Below, one piece after another: positions 38,401-48,479 of a DNA stretch of 64,000 bases. Every line of letters starts with the position of its first letter. Within the stretch, counting starts at the first letter, position 1. The notes under the pieces were generated by a model. That model worked only from the letters and a program-made list of their open reading frames with translations. It ran no database searches and was not told where the DNA came from. The translations under genes and the position numbers were made by a program. The stretch lies in contig NC_092673.1 of the NCBI RefSeq assembly GCF_964355755.1, positions 1,860,001 through 1,924,000 on the forward strand, read 5' to 3'. Source of the DNA: Antedon mediterranea (lineage: Eukaryota > Animalia > Echinodermata).

Positions 38401-40856
38401 GCGTTAGCAAGGTCCTATCATATATTATAAATAATTAAAGAATCTGAGAAAATCAATGAATCAAAATATCTTTTAAAAATCAATTATCTTTATTAAAATC
38501 AATGCATATAACCTATAATTCGTCATAGTGACGAATTAAATCTAGTTTCAATTAAGAACATAAATAAGCCATATCAAATTATTCATACAATAAATGAACA
38601 ATCATGAATAGCCTTATTACCTGGAGTAATCTTTTTAATGATATTTTTTTTTTCATCATTGATATTATGTTCAATAAATTAATATTAAAATCATTGTTGT
38701 GTTTGTCATTTGTAATCAGTCATGGTTTTAAATGCAACAAAGGTACCAAAAATTTTGGAACCCAAGTATAGGAGACAACTTACGTAATTTCACTAGAGCG
38801 TTTTTCTTTTCACCATGTTCCATGTAACCAAAGTTTACCTCCCATGTTTTTAAACCCTCCGATTCGGAACATCGTTTATTACCGCATGAGAACTGTCCTT
38901 TTCCTGTAATAACTTCATTGTCTACTCGCCACCTAAGAGCAATCTTAAAAACAAGTATGTTAGAGCGAGTCAAGTGAACGAGCGGTTACAACAAAGGAAC
39001 CTAAAGAGCCAGCAATATCGACATGGGTTAGAGGCCGACTCGCTTCTAGTTCTGGTGGTGTATCCTCAAAAAATATTCTTATTATGATAGGAAAAAACCA
39101 TAATATTTTTGACTAACTTTATTATCTTTGTAACAGCTTAAGTCAGATATACAATATTCTTTGAACAGTTTATCCCAGTATTTTTTTGCAAGTTCCTTAG
39201 CCCAGTTTTTGTCTTCTTCATCAGCAGCTGTCCAAAGAAAGCGATGATTTTCATGGATCACATCAATATCTGTTTTATCATTTGACCTGAAATTAAAATC
39301 AATAATTTTGTCATCCATTTTTTTCACTTTTTAATTAATTGGAATGGTGCATATAGTATATCAATTGTGTTGTGTAGCGCTATGTAAATTGTATATGAAT
39401 AATACTGTCAAATTATAGTGCTCCTATTCGGTATATGCAGAGGTGTTGATGATAAGAAACCAAACAGACAAAGAAGGATTTACATTGAACCAGGACATCA
39501 TTCTGGAAACCTAAAGCCTTGTCTACACTATCAAACTTTATGTGACAAAAAAGTGTGATGTGCCCAAATATGTTAGCGATATGCTTAAATATGGTAGTGA
39601 TATGACATCATCATGTCCATATATGCGCACATCCCATTTTTCGTCACATAAAGTTTGATAGTGTGAATAAGGCTTTAAATATGTCTTTTACGTTAGCAAT
39701 GCTATCAAGACACAGTGTCCATCTTTCCCAAGATACATTTCTCAACAAGTTGCATGTAACTTCTGGATGGAAAGAAAAACAGATGTATATATTATTACAT
39801 TTAATAATGTGTGGCATACCTGTCCCGTTGGAGTATTTGAGTTGCTCCAGGATAATACAGCATGTAGTTATTCACAAACTGCTTATGTCTTGTGTACTAG
39901 GCAGAACATTAAGGTAAACCTTTAAACAAGCCAATGAGTAATAAAACTTTCATGTGCACTTACATAATAGTTAATGGTTTTAAATTTGTATAGCGTATAA
40001 TACAAATAGTCTCTATGCACTGTGGACTCTTTTCAACTACATGCTTCTCCCCAAAGGATCATGTCATGTCAGTGCAGACACTTTAAGGCTCTCTCTCATC
40101 TGTCCACGACACAGTGGCTGTGTGTGTAGTAGTACACCGGGGTAAACCCTACTCATCTCGAAAGATGTATTAGGTTCTTTAAAGTGCACACAAGCTACAG
40201 TAGATGTGTGTACACTGGACCTACAGTTTATAGTCCATCTGAGAAAATTCGTTCTACCACCAGAACCAAGTAGTGACTGAGCCTCAAAGATTTTATTTTA
40301 CAAAATAAAAGGATACTGCATCTACTGCCAATAGGTTAACCCTATAGTTTGCTTGCTTATACCTGTGAAATTAATCAAATCAAACATTCATTATTTTATT
40401 GTGCATTATTGATCTCTGCATTAAAGAAAAGGATAATTTCACTTTCTTTATTAATAATAAAGCATACTGTACCTTTTAGTCTGACTTGCACCTTCATCTC
40501 TGGATGCCTAATAATGAATAAGAAAAATAATATTAGGGCTAAGCCTACGGGAAATGATTTAACGCATTCAATTTTATACACTTTTTTGTGGTACGAATAG
40601 ACCAGACCCACAGCCAAAGGTGCGTCAAAGTGGGTGTGGGCCTAGGCTAACTTGTCATCAGCATACACAGTTGGCCTGACTAGAGGAGCGCCTCCTAGAT
40701 CTAACTTTAGGTTATAAACTAAGCTTAAATTATTTTAATCGAGGCACCTCTTACTTTGGTTTTTTTTAAATTAATTGCACCATAAATGTAGTGACTGAGC
40801 ATAATAGTAAAATTATTATTATTAAAATAAGTTCTTACCCTTTTTAACTTCTCCAT
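32418..40856 (-). CDS. FRA10AC1: Protein FRA10AC1 homolog (spliceosome-associated), about 269 aa, 9 exons
   Basis: Exons 40839-40856 (MEKLKR, least certain), 40473-40507, 40317-40341 (VNLLAVDA), 39820-39896 (YTRHKQFVNNYMLYY), 39118-39286 (KTDIDVIHENHRFLW..LAKKYWDKLFKEYCISDLS), 38784-38943 (RWR..EVITGKGQFSCGNK..WEVNFGYMEHGEKKNALVKL), 33485-33703 (LCPDCSYKLNY, K-rich and acidic tracts), 32832-32895, 32418-32460 (EDEFEEYFEDMFL*). Phases are consistent. Confidence 0.95.
33113..33465. mobile_element. MITE family A copy (reverse) interrupted by a ~210-bp insertion
   Basis: Both TIRs are present. The interior is split at about 33181-33390 by an AT-rich insert starting with (TCAT)n. Confidence 0.75.
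33757..34165. repeat. About 140-bp tandem repeat, 3 copies
   Basis: GCAAAGAGAAAC(G/A)ATCCCC at about 33768, 33904 and 34046. Confidence 0.85.
34788..36473 (+). CDS. Intronless TKL-like pseudokinase with C-terminal beta-rich (putative NHL/beta-propeller) domain, nested antisense in a FRA10AC1 intron
   Basis: Uninterrupted 561-aa ORF. Kinase subdomains present: HSNVL..G, LLLEYASGGNL, YLH..IVH, KSKNFLV, WSAPE, SDIYS..VWELLTGKLPY, W..DP.KRPS. HRD is HKY, DFG is NFS, and no Gly-loop or beta3 Lys is recognisable. The C-terminal half has propeller-like segments (SIACDKHGNRYI, IGVYDLVGNRL, LLSYTGAHIKTF). Confidence 0.85.
   Translation: MQSMSSTLKRKLSRIPSEGFGLGSTLQLKPHEIAYKDLDIQGSLERKNGLKASRVLWSKKATVLWEVDSIGQDISDLFEIKHSNVLRVFGSVVSDKPSIPMLLLEYASGGNLFNYIHRSDTPIPKQQFVNFVYDLFQAVAYLHQSNIVHKYIKSKNFLVFPQGLKICNFSKLKTEKNSNEESEDWRWSAPETLIHPQHASKQSDIYSLLIVVWELLTGKLPYAELDNRCKQRIINENLRPSLPTTIKRSMVKMFSNSWHQDPVKRPSLADTQQDLCLYALEHGLAYYKFNQSSFDMLSVKGKEKLQECKSVLDVIAVSNRTVAVHTITNNRTYNVDIFLIHNDSFVAVNSVSDENLNQITLYRICEMKQKIVAIGGKLDFDDIILTTINIDGQREDECLLKSHFAWYKCQSIACDKHGNRYILILQATHTWQCLKYDKDGRPCGLIFTHRGLSVAPKILIQNNSLWCALESNIGVYDLVGNRLTTLKFSFEDLAISKAGFLVTTVAYENNLHLLSYTGAHIKTFTIEKDENDDTQVTFLTDKSMVLTTNDTIELVELFSID
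36495..36865 (+). mobile_element. L2-clade LINE 3' fragment
   Basis: LHWLPIQQRIHFKIALYLY..APKYM..LRS and LWNSIP remnants. Tail GTACAGCGCTT..AAGCGCTTTATAAAT(AAT)n. Confidence 0.8.
37074..38548 (+). mobile_element. Helentron-associated (HINE/DINE-1-like) non-autonomous element
   Basis: 5' subTIR AGGTTATATGCAT with an adjacent inverted partner, then a (TTTA)n tract. 3' subTIR ATGCATATAACCT is followed by hairpin AATTCGTCA-TAG-TGACGAATT and CTAGTTT. It carries a degenerate tRNA-like segment near 38145-38200. Confidence 0.7.
39512..39677. mobile_element. MITE family A copy (reverse)
   Basis: TAAAGCCTTGTCTACACTATCAAAC...GTTTGATAGTGTGAATAAGGCTTTA, with the family interior. Confidence 0.8.
39897..40316 (-). 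other. U12-type (minor spliceosome) GT-AG intron in FRA10AC1
   Basis: 5' splice site reads GTATCCTTT exactly at the exon boundary (40316 downward). A branch site TTACCTTAAT (39917-39908) lies 11 nt before the end of the intron, with no polypyrimidine tract. Confidence 0.85.
40135..40286 (-). mobile_element. Partial copy of the Deu/Nin-like SINE, inside the U12 intron
   Basis: Highly similar to 19955-20095 (CCCTACTC.TCTCGAAAGATGTA..AGGTTCTTTAAAGTGCAC..GGACCTACAGTTTATAGTCC). Confidence 0.75.
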
Positions 40857-40884
40857 ATTGAGAAATTGTTGAATGCAATTAATG

Positions 40885-40930
40885 TAACGGAAGTCACACG
40901 TGCTATGGCGCTGCCCTCATGCGGTGGTGT
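40885..40930 (-). promoter_or_regulatory. Putative FRA10AC1 core promoter motifs
   Basis: Short GC-richer island just upstream of the ATG containing CGGAAGT (ETS-like), CACGTG (E-box), ATGGCG (YY1-like) and a CTCF-like CCGCATGAGGGCAGC. Motif matches only. Confidence 0.35.
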
Positions 40931-40988
40931 GTAGATTGTTAACGTACAAATGGGAAAATTTTTGTTAGCAAATAATACATTGTTGTAC

Positions 40989-43953
40989 TATGGAAAGCCA
41001 AACCCGCCAAAAATACATAATACATACCATCCACCAATAATTAATTCGTACAAAATTCAAACCATCCAATATTATCTCATGCAGTTCAATGAAAACTTAA
41101 ACCATTCACCTAGTATCTACACCATCCAATACAATGTGTGACCATCTACCACTAGCCCAAACGACAATACGCCGAACAAACTACCCATAACACAAACCAT
41201 CTAAAGAATGTTGAGCCCAGGCAGCAATAATTGAATTAATCTAACGTTAATACAAGTATATATTAGCCAACTCATTTATCAACATTTCATGTAGTTCATG
41301 AACATTTCAAACAAAGCATCTTAATTTTAGTTCATCGAATTATAATTCTAATTCATTGCCTGTTTTATACACCGTTCGTCTGTTCAACAGTTGAAACAAC
41401 TGTTTTGCACACGATACGCCCGTTCGTGAGTTCAAACCATGATATTTGAAGCATCGACTTTCCAAACAGCGATTTTTCGCACCGAACGTATTTTCTTGAG
41501 TTAAAGTGGTTGCATTTCAATCACTTGCTTTTGATTGGCCAGTATTACACACCGTTCGCTTGTTCGTGATTTCAAACCATGATATTTGAAGCATCGACTT
41601 TCCAAATGGCGATTTTTCGCACCGAACGTATTTTCTTGAGTTAAAGTGGTTGCATTTCAATCACCTACTTTCGATTGGCCAGTATTACACACCGTTCGCT
41701 TGTTCGTGATTTCATGTGATAACATTTCATTCGACAATTTTTCAAACGTTAGTTTTTGACTCCGCTTACGTATATGTCAGTTGATATACTATTTTTTAAT
41801 TTTCATACTTTCCATAGTCAGTTTTGTACATCATTCGCATTTACGCATGTAAAGTGTAGATATTCCACTCGACAAGTTTTAAAACGGTAGTTTTTTTTTT
41901 ATTGTTTAATTGTAACTGTTGGCGCCGATTTTATATTGGGGGGGGGGGGAGGTGTTCGGTACTGAATTTGAACAGTACACATTTTTAAATATGGTACCTC
42001 TACACGTTGGGTTATTTAATGCATGATGAATAACAAAATAATTATGATTTAATAACAATACACATGTTTTTATTTAATCCATGATAAATATTCGTAAAAT
42101 ATGTTTATTCGGATATTTATTAATTACGTCTCCACTATAGTCTATAAAACATAATGAATGTCATTATTTAAAAAAAATAGGCCTACCCCGTAAACAAATG
42201 GAAGCTTCTCAACAACAGTTAATTTATGCATCATAGAGAGCACAGAGCAGAAAATGGCTCTAGACCGGCCTCATCTAGCAGCCGCCGCACGCGTGTTTTT
42301 TTTTTCCAGGACGAACGTAGGCAGAAGACTGAAGTCATGAATAATTCATTACCTTAATTATTTTATATTATAAAGAATTGAAAGATAGCTGATCTACTTC
42401 CTAAATATACTAAACCTAACCCTCTAAATAATCTCTCTCAACTATTAAAAAAAATATGTTCATGAAAGAGCTCGAACCGAGGGCTTCAGCGTAATAGGTT
42501 AAAGCCTTTACCACTAGACCAAACATTTCGGTTGGCAAACGTTGTTTACACTAATTATTTAATCTCTCTGCATTCTTATATAGCGCCCTCTATAATGTTC
42601 CCTATTACGTCATAATTAATTATGAATTATTCATGATTTCTGCCCCCACGTTCGTCCTGGAAAAAAAAATTACGCCCGCCGCACAGGGGGGGGAGAGAGA
42701 AGCACGACACCAGCTCTCTCTCTCCCCTGTCTCTCCCCCACAGGCGGGTGAGGTGGGTGTTACCCCGGGCCTAGTTGTGGGGCGTAAAATTGTAACACTA
42801 ACAGGCCCACAAGCTAAATTATATTATTTCATTCTGTTTTTTTTCCATTATTTAAGTTTGTGATAATGTGTGTAACCAGGGAGATGTAAAATAAATTTAT
42901 AAATTAGTTTACATCTCCCTGTGTGTGTAACGTAGGCCTAGGCCTAAGTAAGTGTCATACAGTCGTAAAGTTGACATTCACCCCCCGCCCCTCAATATTA
43001 AATCGGCGCCAACAGTTACAATTTAACAATAAAACAATAAATGTGCGAAAAACTACCGTTTAAAACTTGTCGAGTGGAATATCTACACTTTACATGCGTA
43101 AATGCGAATGATGTACAAAACTGACTATGGAAAGTATGAAAATTAAAAAATAGTATATCAACTGACATATACGTAAGCAGAGTCAAAAACTAACGTTTGA
43201 AAAATTGTCGAATGAAATGTTATCACATGAAATCACGAACAAGCGAACGGTGTGTAATACTGGCCAATCGAAAGTAGGTGATTGAAATGCAACCACTTTA
43301 ACTCAAGAAAATACGTTCGGTGCGAAAAATCGCCATTTGGAAAGTCGATGCTTCAAATATCATGGTTTGAAATCACGAACAAGCGAACGGTGTGTAATAC
43401 TGGCCAATCAAAAGCAAGTGATTGAAATGCAACCACTTTAACTCAAGAAAATACGTTCGGTGCGAAAAATCGCTGTTTGGAAAGTCGATGCTTCAAATAT
43501 CATGGTTTGAACTCACGAACGGGCGTATCGTGTGCAAAACAGTTGTTTCAACTGTTGAACAGACGAACGGTGTATAAAACAGGCAATGAATTAGAATTAT
43601 AATTCGATGAACTAAAATTAAGATGCTTTGTTTGAAATGTTCATGAACTACATGAAATGTTGATAAATGAGTTGGCTAATATATACTTGTATTAACGTTA
43701 GATTAATTCAATTATTGCTGCCTGGGCTCAACATTCTTTAGATGGTTTGTGTTATGGGTAGTTTGTTCGGCGTATTGTCGTTTGGGCTAGTGGTAGATGG
43801 TCACACATTGTATTGGATGGTGTAGATACTAGGTGAATGGTTTAAGTTTTCATTGAACTGCATGAGATAATATTGGATGGTTTGAATTTTGTACGAATTA
43901 ATTATTGGTGGATGGTATGTATTATGTATTTTTGGCGGGTTTGGCTTTCCATA
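40989..43953. mobile_element. About 3-kb foldback-like non-autonomous DNA element with ~950-bp terminal inverted repeats
   Basis: 40989 to about 41940 is the near-perfect reverse complement of about 42980 to 43953 (ta|TGGAAAGCC...GGCTTTCCA|ta). Each arm has a 140-bp internal direct duplication. The ~1-kb spacer has no transposase ORF. Confidence 0.85.
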
Positions 43954-44943
43954 TTGTACACATGTCTTCTTTCAAATGCTGTTGAAAATTAGCAGAAATA
44001 TCAATTATTCAATGAAATACAACCAGATTACTAACACCCACCAAAATGGGCATGATGTGATTTATAATTAAATAGCTGTTAGATTTTGTGTATTTTTGCG
44101 ATTAACCAACATATTTTTATTTTGTTACACGTTTCCATGGCAACAAAATGTCCATAAATTATTAAAAATTGTGCATTTATAATACAATTAACTAGTAAAA
44201 AAATGGGCATAATGTGATTCATAATTAAAGAACTATCTTTGATTTGTATGTATTTTTGCGATTAAAGGACATCTTTTTAATAATTAATCATTTAATATAT
44301 ATGAAGAAAGAACAATGATTAATTTTTTAAATGTCCAGAGGCGTTTTTTGTAAGAAATATTTCTTGTTTATAAATATATTGATTTTATAATATTACATGA
44401 GAAATTAAACGTAATGTGAACACTTAATGGAACAAAATATTAAATAGAATAAATTACATTCATATGTATTCTAACTTTATTTCAACTGTTCTCAATCAAA
44501 CACATAAAAAATACATTGACTAATTGTCAACTTTACATAAATTTATTTTTATTTTATTACTGTATTTATATAATATTAGTGAAAAATTTAAATTACTATT
44601 TTAAAAAATCTATAGAGATCCAATGTGTATTTCAGCCATAAGTTAACATTACTAAAGTTGCATTATAGCTGTTTATAAAAATATATTATTGATAATCTTG
44701 ATAAATGTTATCTTCGTCATAAATACATAAATAAATTAAAATGTTGTGGGAACGTACTAACCCATAACGCCTAACCCCCCCCCCCCCCCGCCACCAACTA
44801 ACACCCCCCCCCCCCCCCCACACCAGTCATGCGTGTAAACTTACAACCACAAAGAACATAATGCACAAGACCGCTGGCAATTGGAATGGAATCATGGAAT
44901 AACTATTTAAAAGAACATGATTCATTTTTCCATATCAAACATA

Positions 44944-47708
44944 TTAATTCAGTTTGTCCCTGCTTTTCATTTCCTGAGTATATTCAATGGAATCTCTGAA
45001 AAAAGGGAAAGATTATAAATAAATACACATTGGTCACACAACAAGTAAAATTAAAGAATCTTTGTAAATCATAAAACTCTACGAAAATAAACTTTTTATA
45101 TTTGGCTTCTACGTGTGAATTTGTAACTAAGGTAAGTAAATGTGATTGTTGTCTCTGCTTCAATCATTAATTACAGTTTCTCTATTTTAGGGAGTTGACT
45201 CTCTGGACACAGAGTTATGGAAGCAATGTTTTATTAAGACGTCTGTTAAGTATTATATCAGGAGTTAGTTAAGGCAACCAGGAAAGCCGGAATAAAGGTG
45301 AATACTCTGTGTGATTTAAATTTCTGACTGAAACTGGTGAAGCACCAGAAAAAAACTGGTTATCAAACAAAATTCATTTAAAACACAAGAAGTTTATTCG
45401 GCATTACGTCTGAATGTCTTAATTTTTAAAACCTTTTCTTAAGATAAGAAACCTTAATATTGTGAGTCTGAACGTAACCATACGCCTGGAAACTATGCTT
45501 TGCTACACAAATCTTACTTTGTAACTATTATGTAGCATTTAGTATCTTCAGATTCCTGTAATCTTATTTGTCGTTCAATTGCTCCGACCTTTCCTACTAC
45601 ATTATATCGAATAAGTAGCTGACAATCAATTTCTTTCATATCTTCCAACATGCAATTCGTTGTTGCTATTAAAACATTGCTATCCCCTACAAAGTTGAAC
45701 AAAATACTTTAATTAACAATCAAAAAATCTGTTATTTATATTAGACATAATACAAAGATTTTGATTTATTTGATACCATATTTATTTAGAGTATCCAGTT
45801 TCTGTGAAGGAACTGATCATTAATGGCCCTCAAATAAACATAAATATTGGGGTTTTTAGAAAACTGTTACACTCTGATTAATATGGAACGATCCATTTGA
45901 TGATCTGAGTCAGATATTGATATCTGGGTTTTCTAGATCTAGAAAACTCAGATATATCTGAGATCTAAATTTTCTAGATCTGAGTTTTCTAGACACCCTA
46001 AATATTGGATATAAATTCATTTTTGTATAAATATTGTACATATTGAAAACTAAAATTAAATGTTTCTGGTTTATTTAGTAATATAGATAGGACATGTGTT
46101 AACTCACCTTTATTGAAATTTGTCAGTGTCTGTTTGTTGGATATGCCAGATGAACAAAGGAGCTTTGGTTGAACTTTGAACTTTTGTGTACAAAGTTCCC
46201 GGTTTGCCTTGTCTATTGCAGAGTATACCTTCTTGGTGACTTCGTCATTGTCGGTAATTATCACACCTGTTGAAACAGACACAAGCATTAAGTACAAAAA
46301 CGCTTGTAATTAACTTAAATTTTTTTACACCAAAATGTCATTTTAAAGTCACTGACCTCTGATAAGTGGATTCTTGAGAAATTCCAATTTCAGACGTTGT
46401 ATAAGTTCTTTTATCGGGTCACTAGAAGATAAAATTCTGTCATCTGGACGTGGATGGCGATAGATAGTGGTATCTATTACTGTGGAGTCAGTGTGAATAT
46501 CTGTTGCACTGTCTGTCTCTATATCATCAAGATTGATGGATTCTATACCACTTATTGTCTCGGAAAATGCTGAGGAAAGAAAAACAAATATTTTAAAGAA
46601 GTAGAAGAAATCGATAAATAAATATAAAAGATTTGTATAAAAGAGATTGAGTAAGTATGTAGAAAAAGAAGGCTGACATGGTATGGTCACATGCTCAGAT
46701 TAAATGAAAACACACCAGCTAAGATAACACTCAGAGAAAAACCGAAAACAACATGTAAGGCAACGCTTGCTCAAAAACGTACAGAGACGATTATCGTTTA
46801 AGATGATGAGTGGCATGTGAAAATTCCCTAATATTATCAATTAAATCCCACATGTTCATACCACCCACATACAATTTTGGAACAGCATTAGCGCAAACTG
46901 AATATAAAGTTTCTGAAGTTCTTATTTACAAAATAATACATTGACCTACCATGTTCAGCTTTAGTCTTTTTAACCAAATCAACAAGATCAGGTCGATTAA
47001 TTTCAGTTAACAAACGTTCAAGCTCATCGAGTTTACTCTCATCTATCAATCCACGGTCTTCTAATGCTGAAGCAAGATCTCTGAAGTCATTGATTTTTGC
47101 AAGGACATTCTTTGGTAGATGAACACTGTTTAAGTACTTTAAGCTGGCTTCATCTTCTTCTTCCAAGGCATGGTAGATGTCTATCATCATCTTCAGAAAT
47201 ACCTTTTTTGGTAATGCCATGCTTCGGTGGTCTGGTCAGTTGGAAAAAAACAAAATTCAACTTTGAAACATTATTCATCACAGTACTGTATTCAATTTGA
47301 CCTCTACTACTTCTATACTCTTTTTAATATTATAATGGATATATAATCAAGCAGATGAATATCAAATATTGTTTATTAATAAAATACACTTATACACACC
47401 TCCAGTAGTTTAAAATAATGTGTTAACAACATACCATGTTTTATTTTATTCCCTTTTTTAAGGAAATCAACAAGATCAGGTCGATTAATTTCATTTAACA
47501 TTCGTTCAAGTTCTTCAAAATTACTCTCATTGACCACCATATGATTTTCTAGTGCTGTAACCAGATCTGTAAATTTCTCAATATTTGCGAGCACATTCTC
47601 CGTGAGATGAACACGGTTTAAGTACTTTAGTTGATCTACTTCATCTTTGTTCAAGAAAATTTCCAAGTCTAGCATTAACTTTAGAAAAACCTTTTTTGGT
47701 AATGCCAT
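44944..47708 (-). CDS. Tandem death-effector-domain (DED-DED) protein fused to a degenerate RIG-I/MDA5-like helicase C-terminal (Hel2/RecA2) domain, about 382 aa
   Basis: Exons 47435-47708 (DED1: LKYL..., ELERMLNEINRPDL), 46950-47231 (DED2: ELERLLTEINRPDL, RxDL motif), 46357-46569, 46108-46266, 45518-45686, 44944-44995 (stop). All are GT-AG and in phase (1149 nt). The C-terminal part has NPLIRGVIITD (motif IV-like), QTLTNFNKGDSNVLIATT (motif V-like) and DCQLLIRYNVV, in the same order as RLR Hel2. A probable non-coding first exon ends near 48389. Confidence 0.78.
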
Positions 47709-48479
47709 ATTTTGGGCTAGCAAATCTGTATAGAAAAACAAATTATTATACAGTTGACTCTCCCAATACCATTACCAGACTTTTTTCGGGGTCCAAAAAG
47801 TCTCAAATTCCTTTTTACCATTAAAAACACCTTCCGAATTCCAGACTTTCCAGAAAAGACATATTTGGCCAGCCCAAAGGTATTGGGAGAGTTGACTGTA
47901 TTCTATTCTATCTTTTTTTGTTATATATTTTATTTAGCAAAATAACAAAAAAATTAGAATAGAGTACAGAGTGATGTCTGAATTCCATTTCCAAAATATT
48001 ATTATCAATATTAATAAATAACTAAATTATAATTATTCAAAATTTGTACTAAAAAAATTAAAAATAGTATTAAATTATTTATATTTATTTATATACAGTT
48101 TTTTTAGGCTATTTATGTCGTATTTTCTATTGTTACTTTCACTTTTAAATGTTGTTTTTTTTACTACTACTCTAGTACTTAGTATAGTAGCCTAGGCCGA
48201 TTTTTCCCTCATAGCCTAGGCTAGTAGCCGTAATTCCCCCATACTAGGCCCACTAGGCCTAGCCTAGGTAGGCCTATGATGGCTACTTACCACCCATCCA
48301 TCCCCACACCACCACTCAAGTCTCCCGTAAATATTACTACTACTCTAGGCCTATTATGGTGGGTAAACTGCTTACAGAAATTACTTACTAGCTTGATAGT
48401 AAGTAGATTGGCAGGCTGTTGACATAAATTACATATAGAATATATAACGATAATTCAATTGTTCCGGCTCTCTCAAAAC

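Noticed and set aside
41940-42980. Transposase or Polinton/Maverick genes inside the large inverted repeat
   Set aside because: The spacer is only about 1 kb, and its longest ORF (42633-42863) has no recognisable motif.
44944-46569. Caspase-8/cFLIP call for the tandem-DED gene
   Set aside because: No caspase p20/p10 motifs (SHG, QACxG or degenerate equivalents). The C-terminal motifs fit an RLR Hel2 domain instead.
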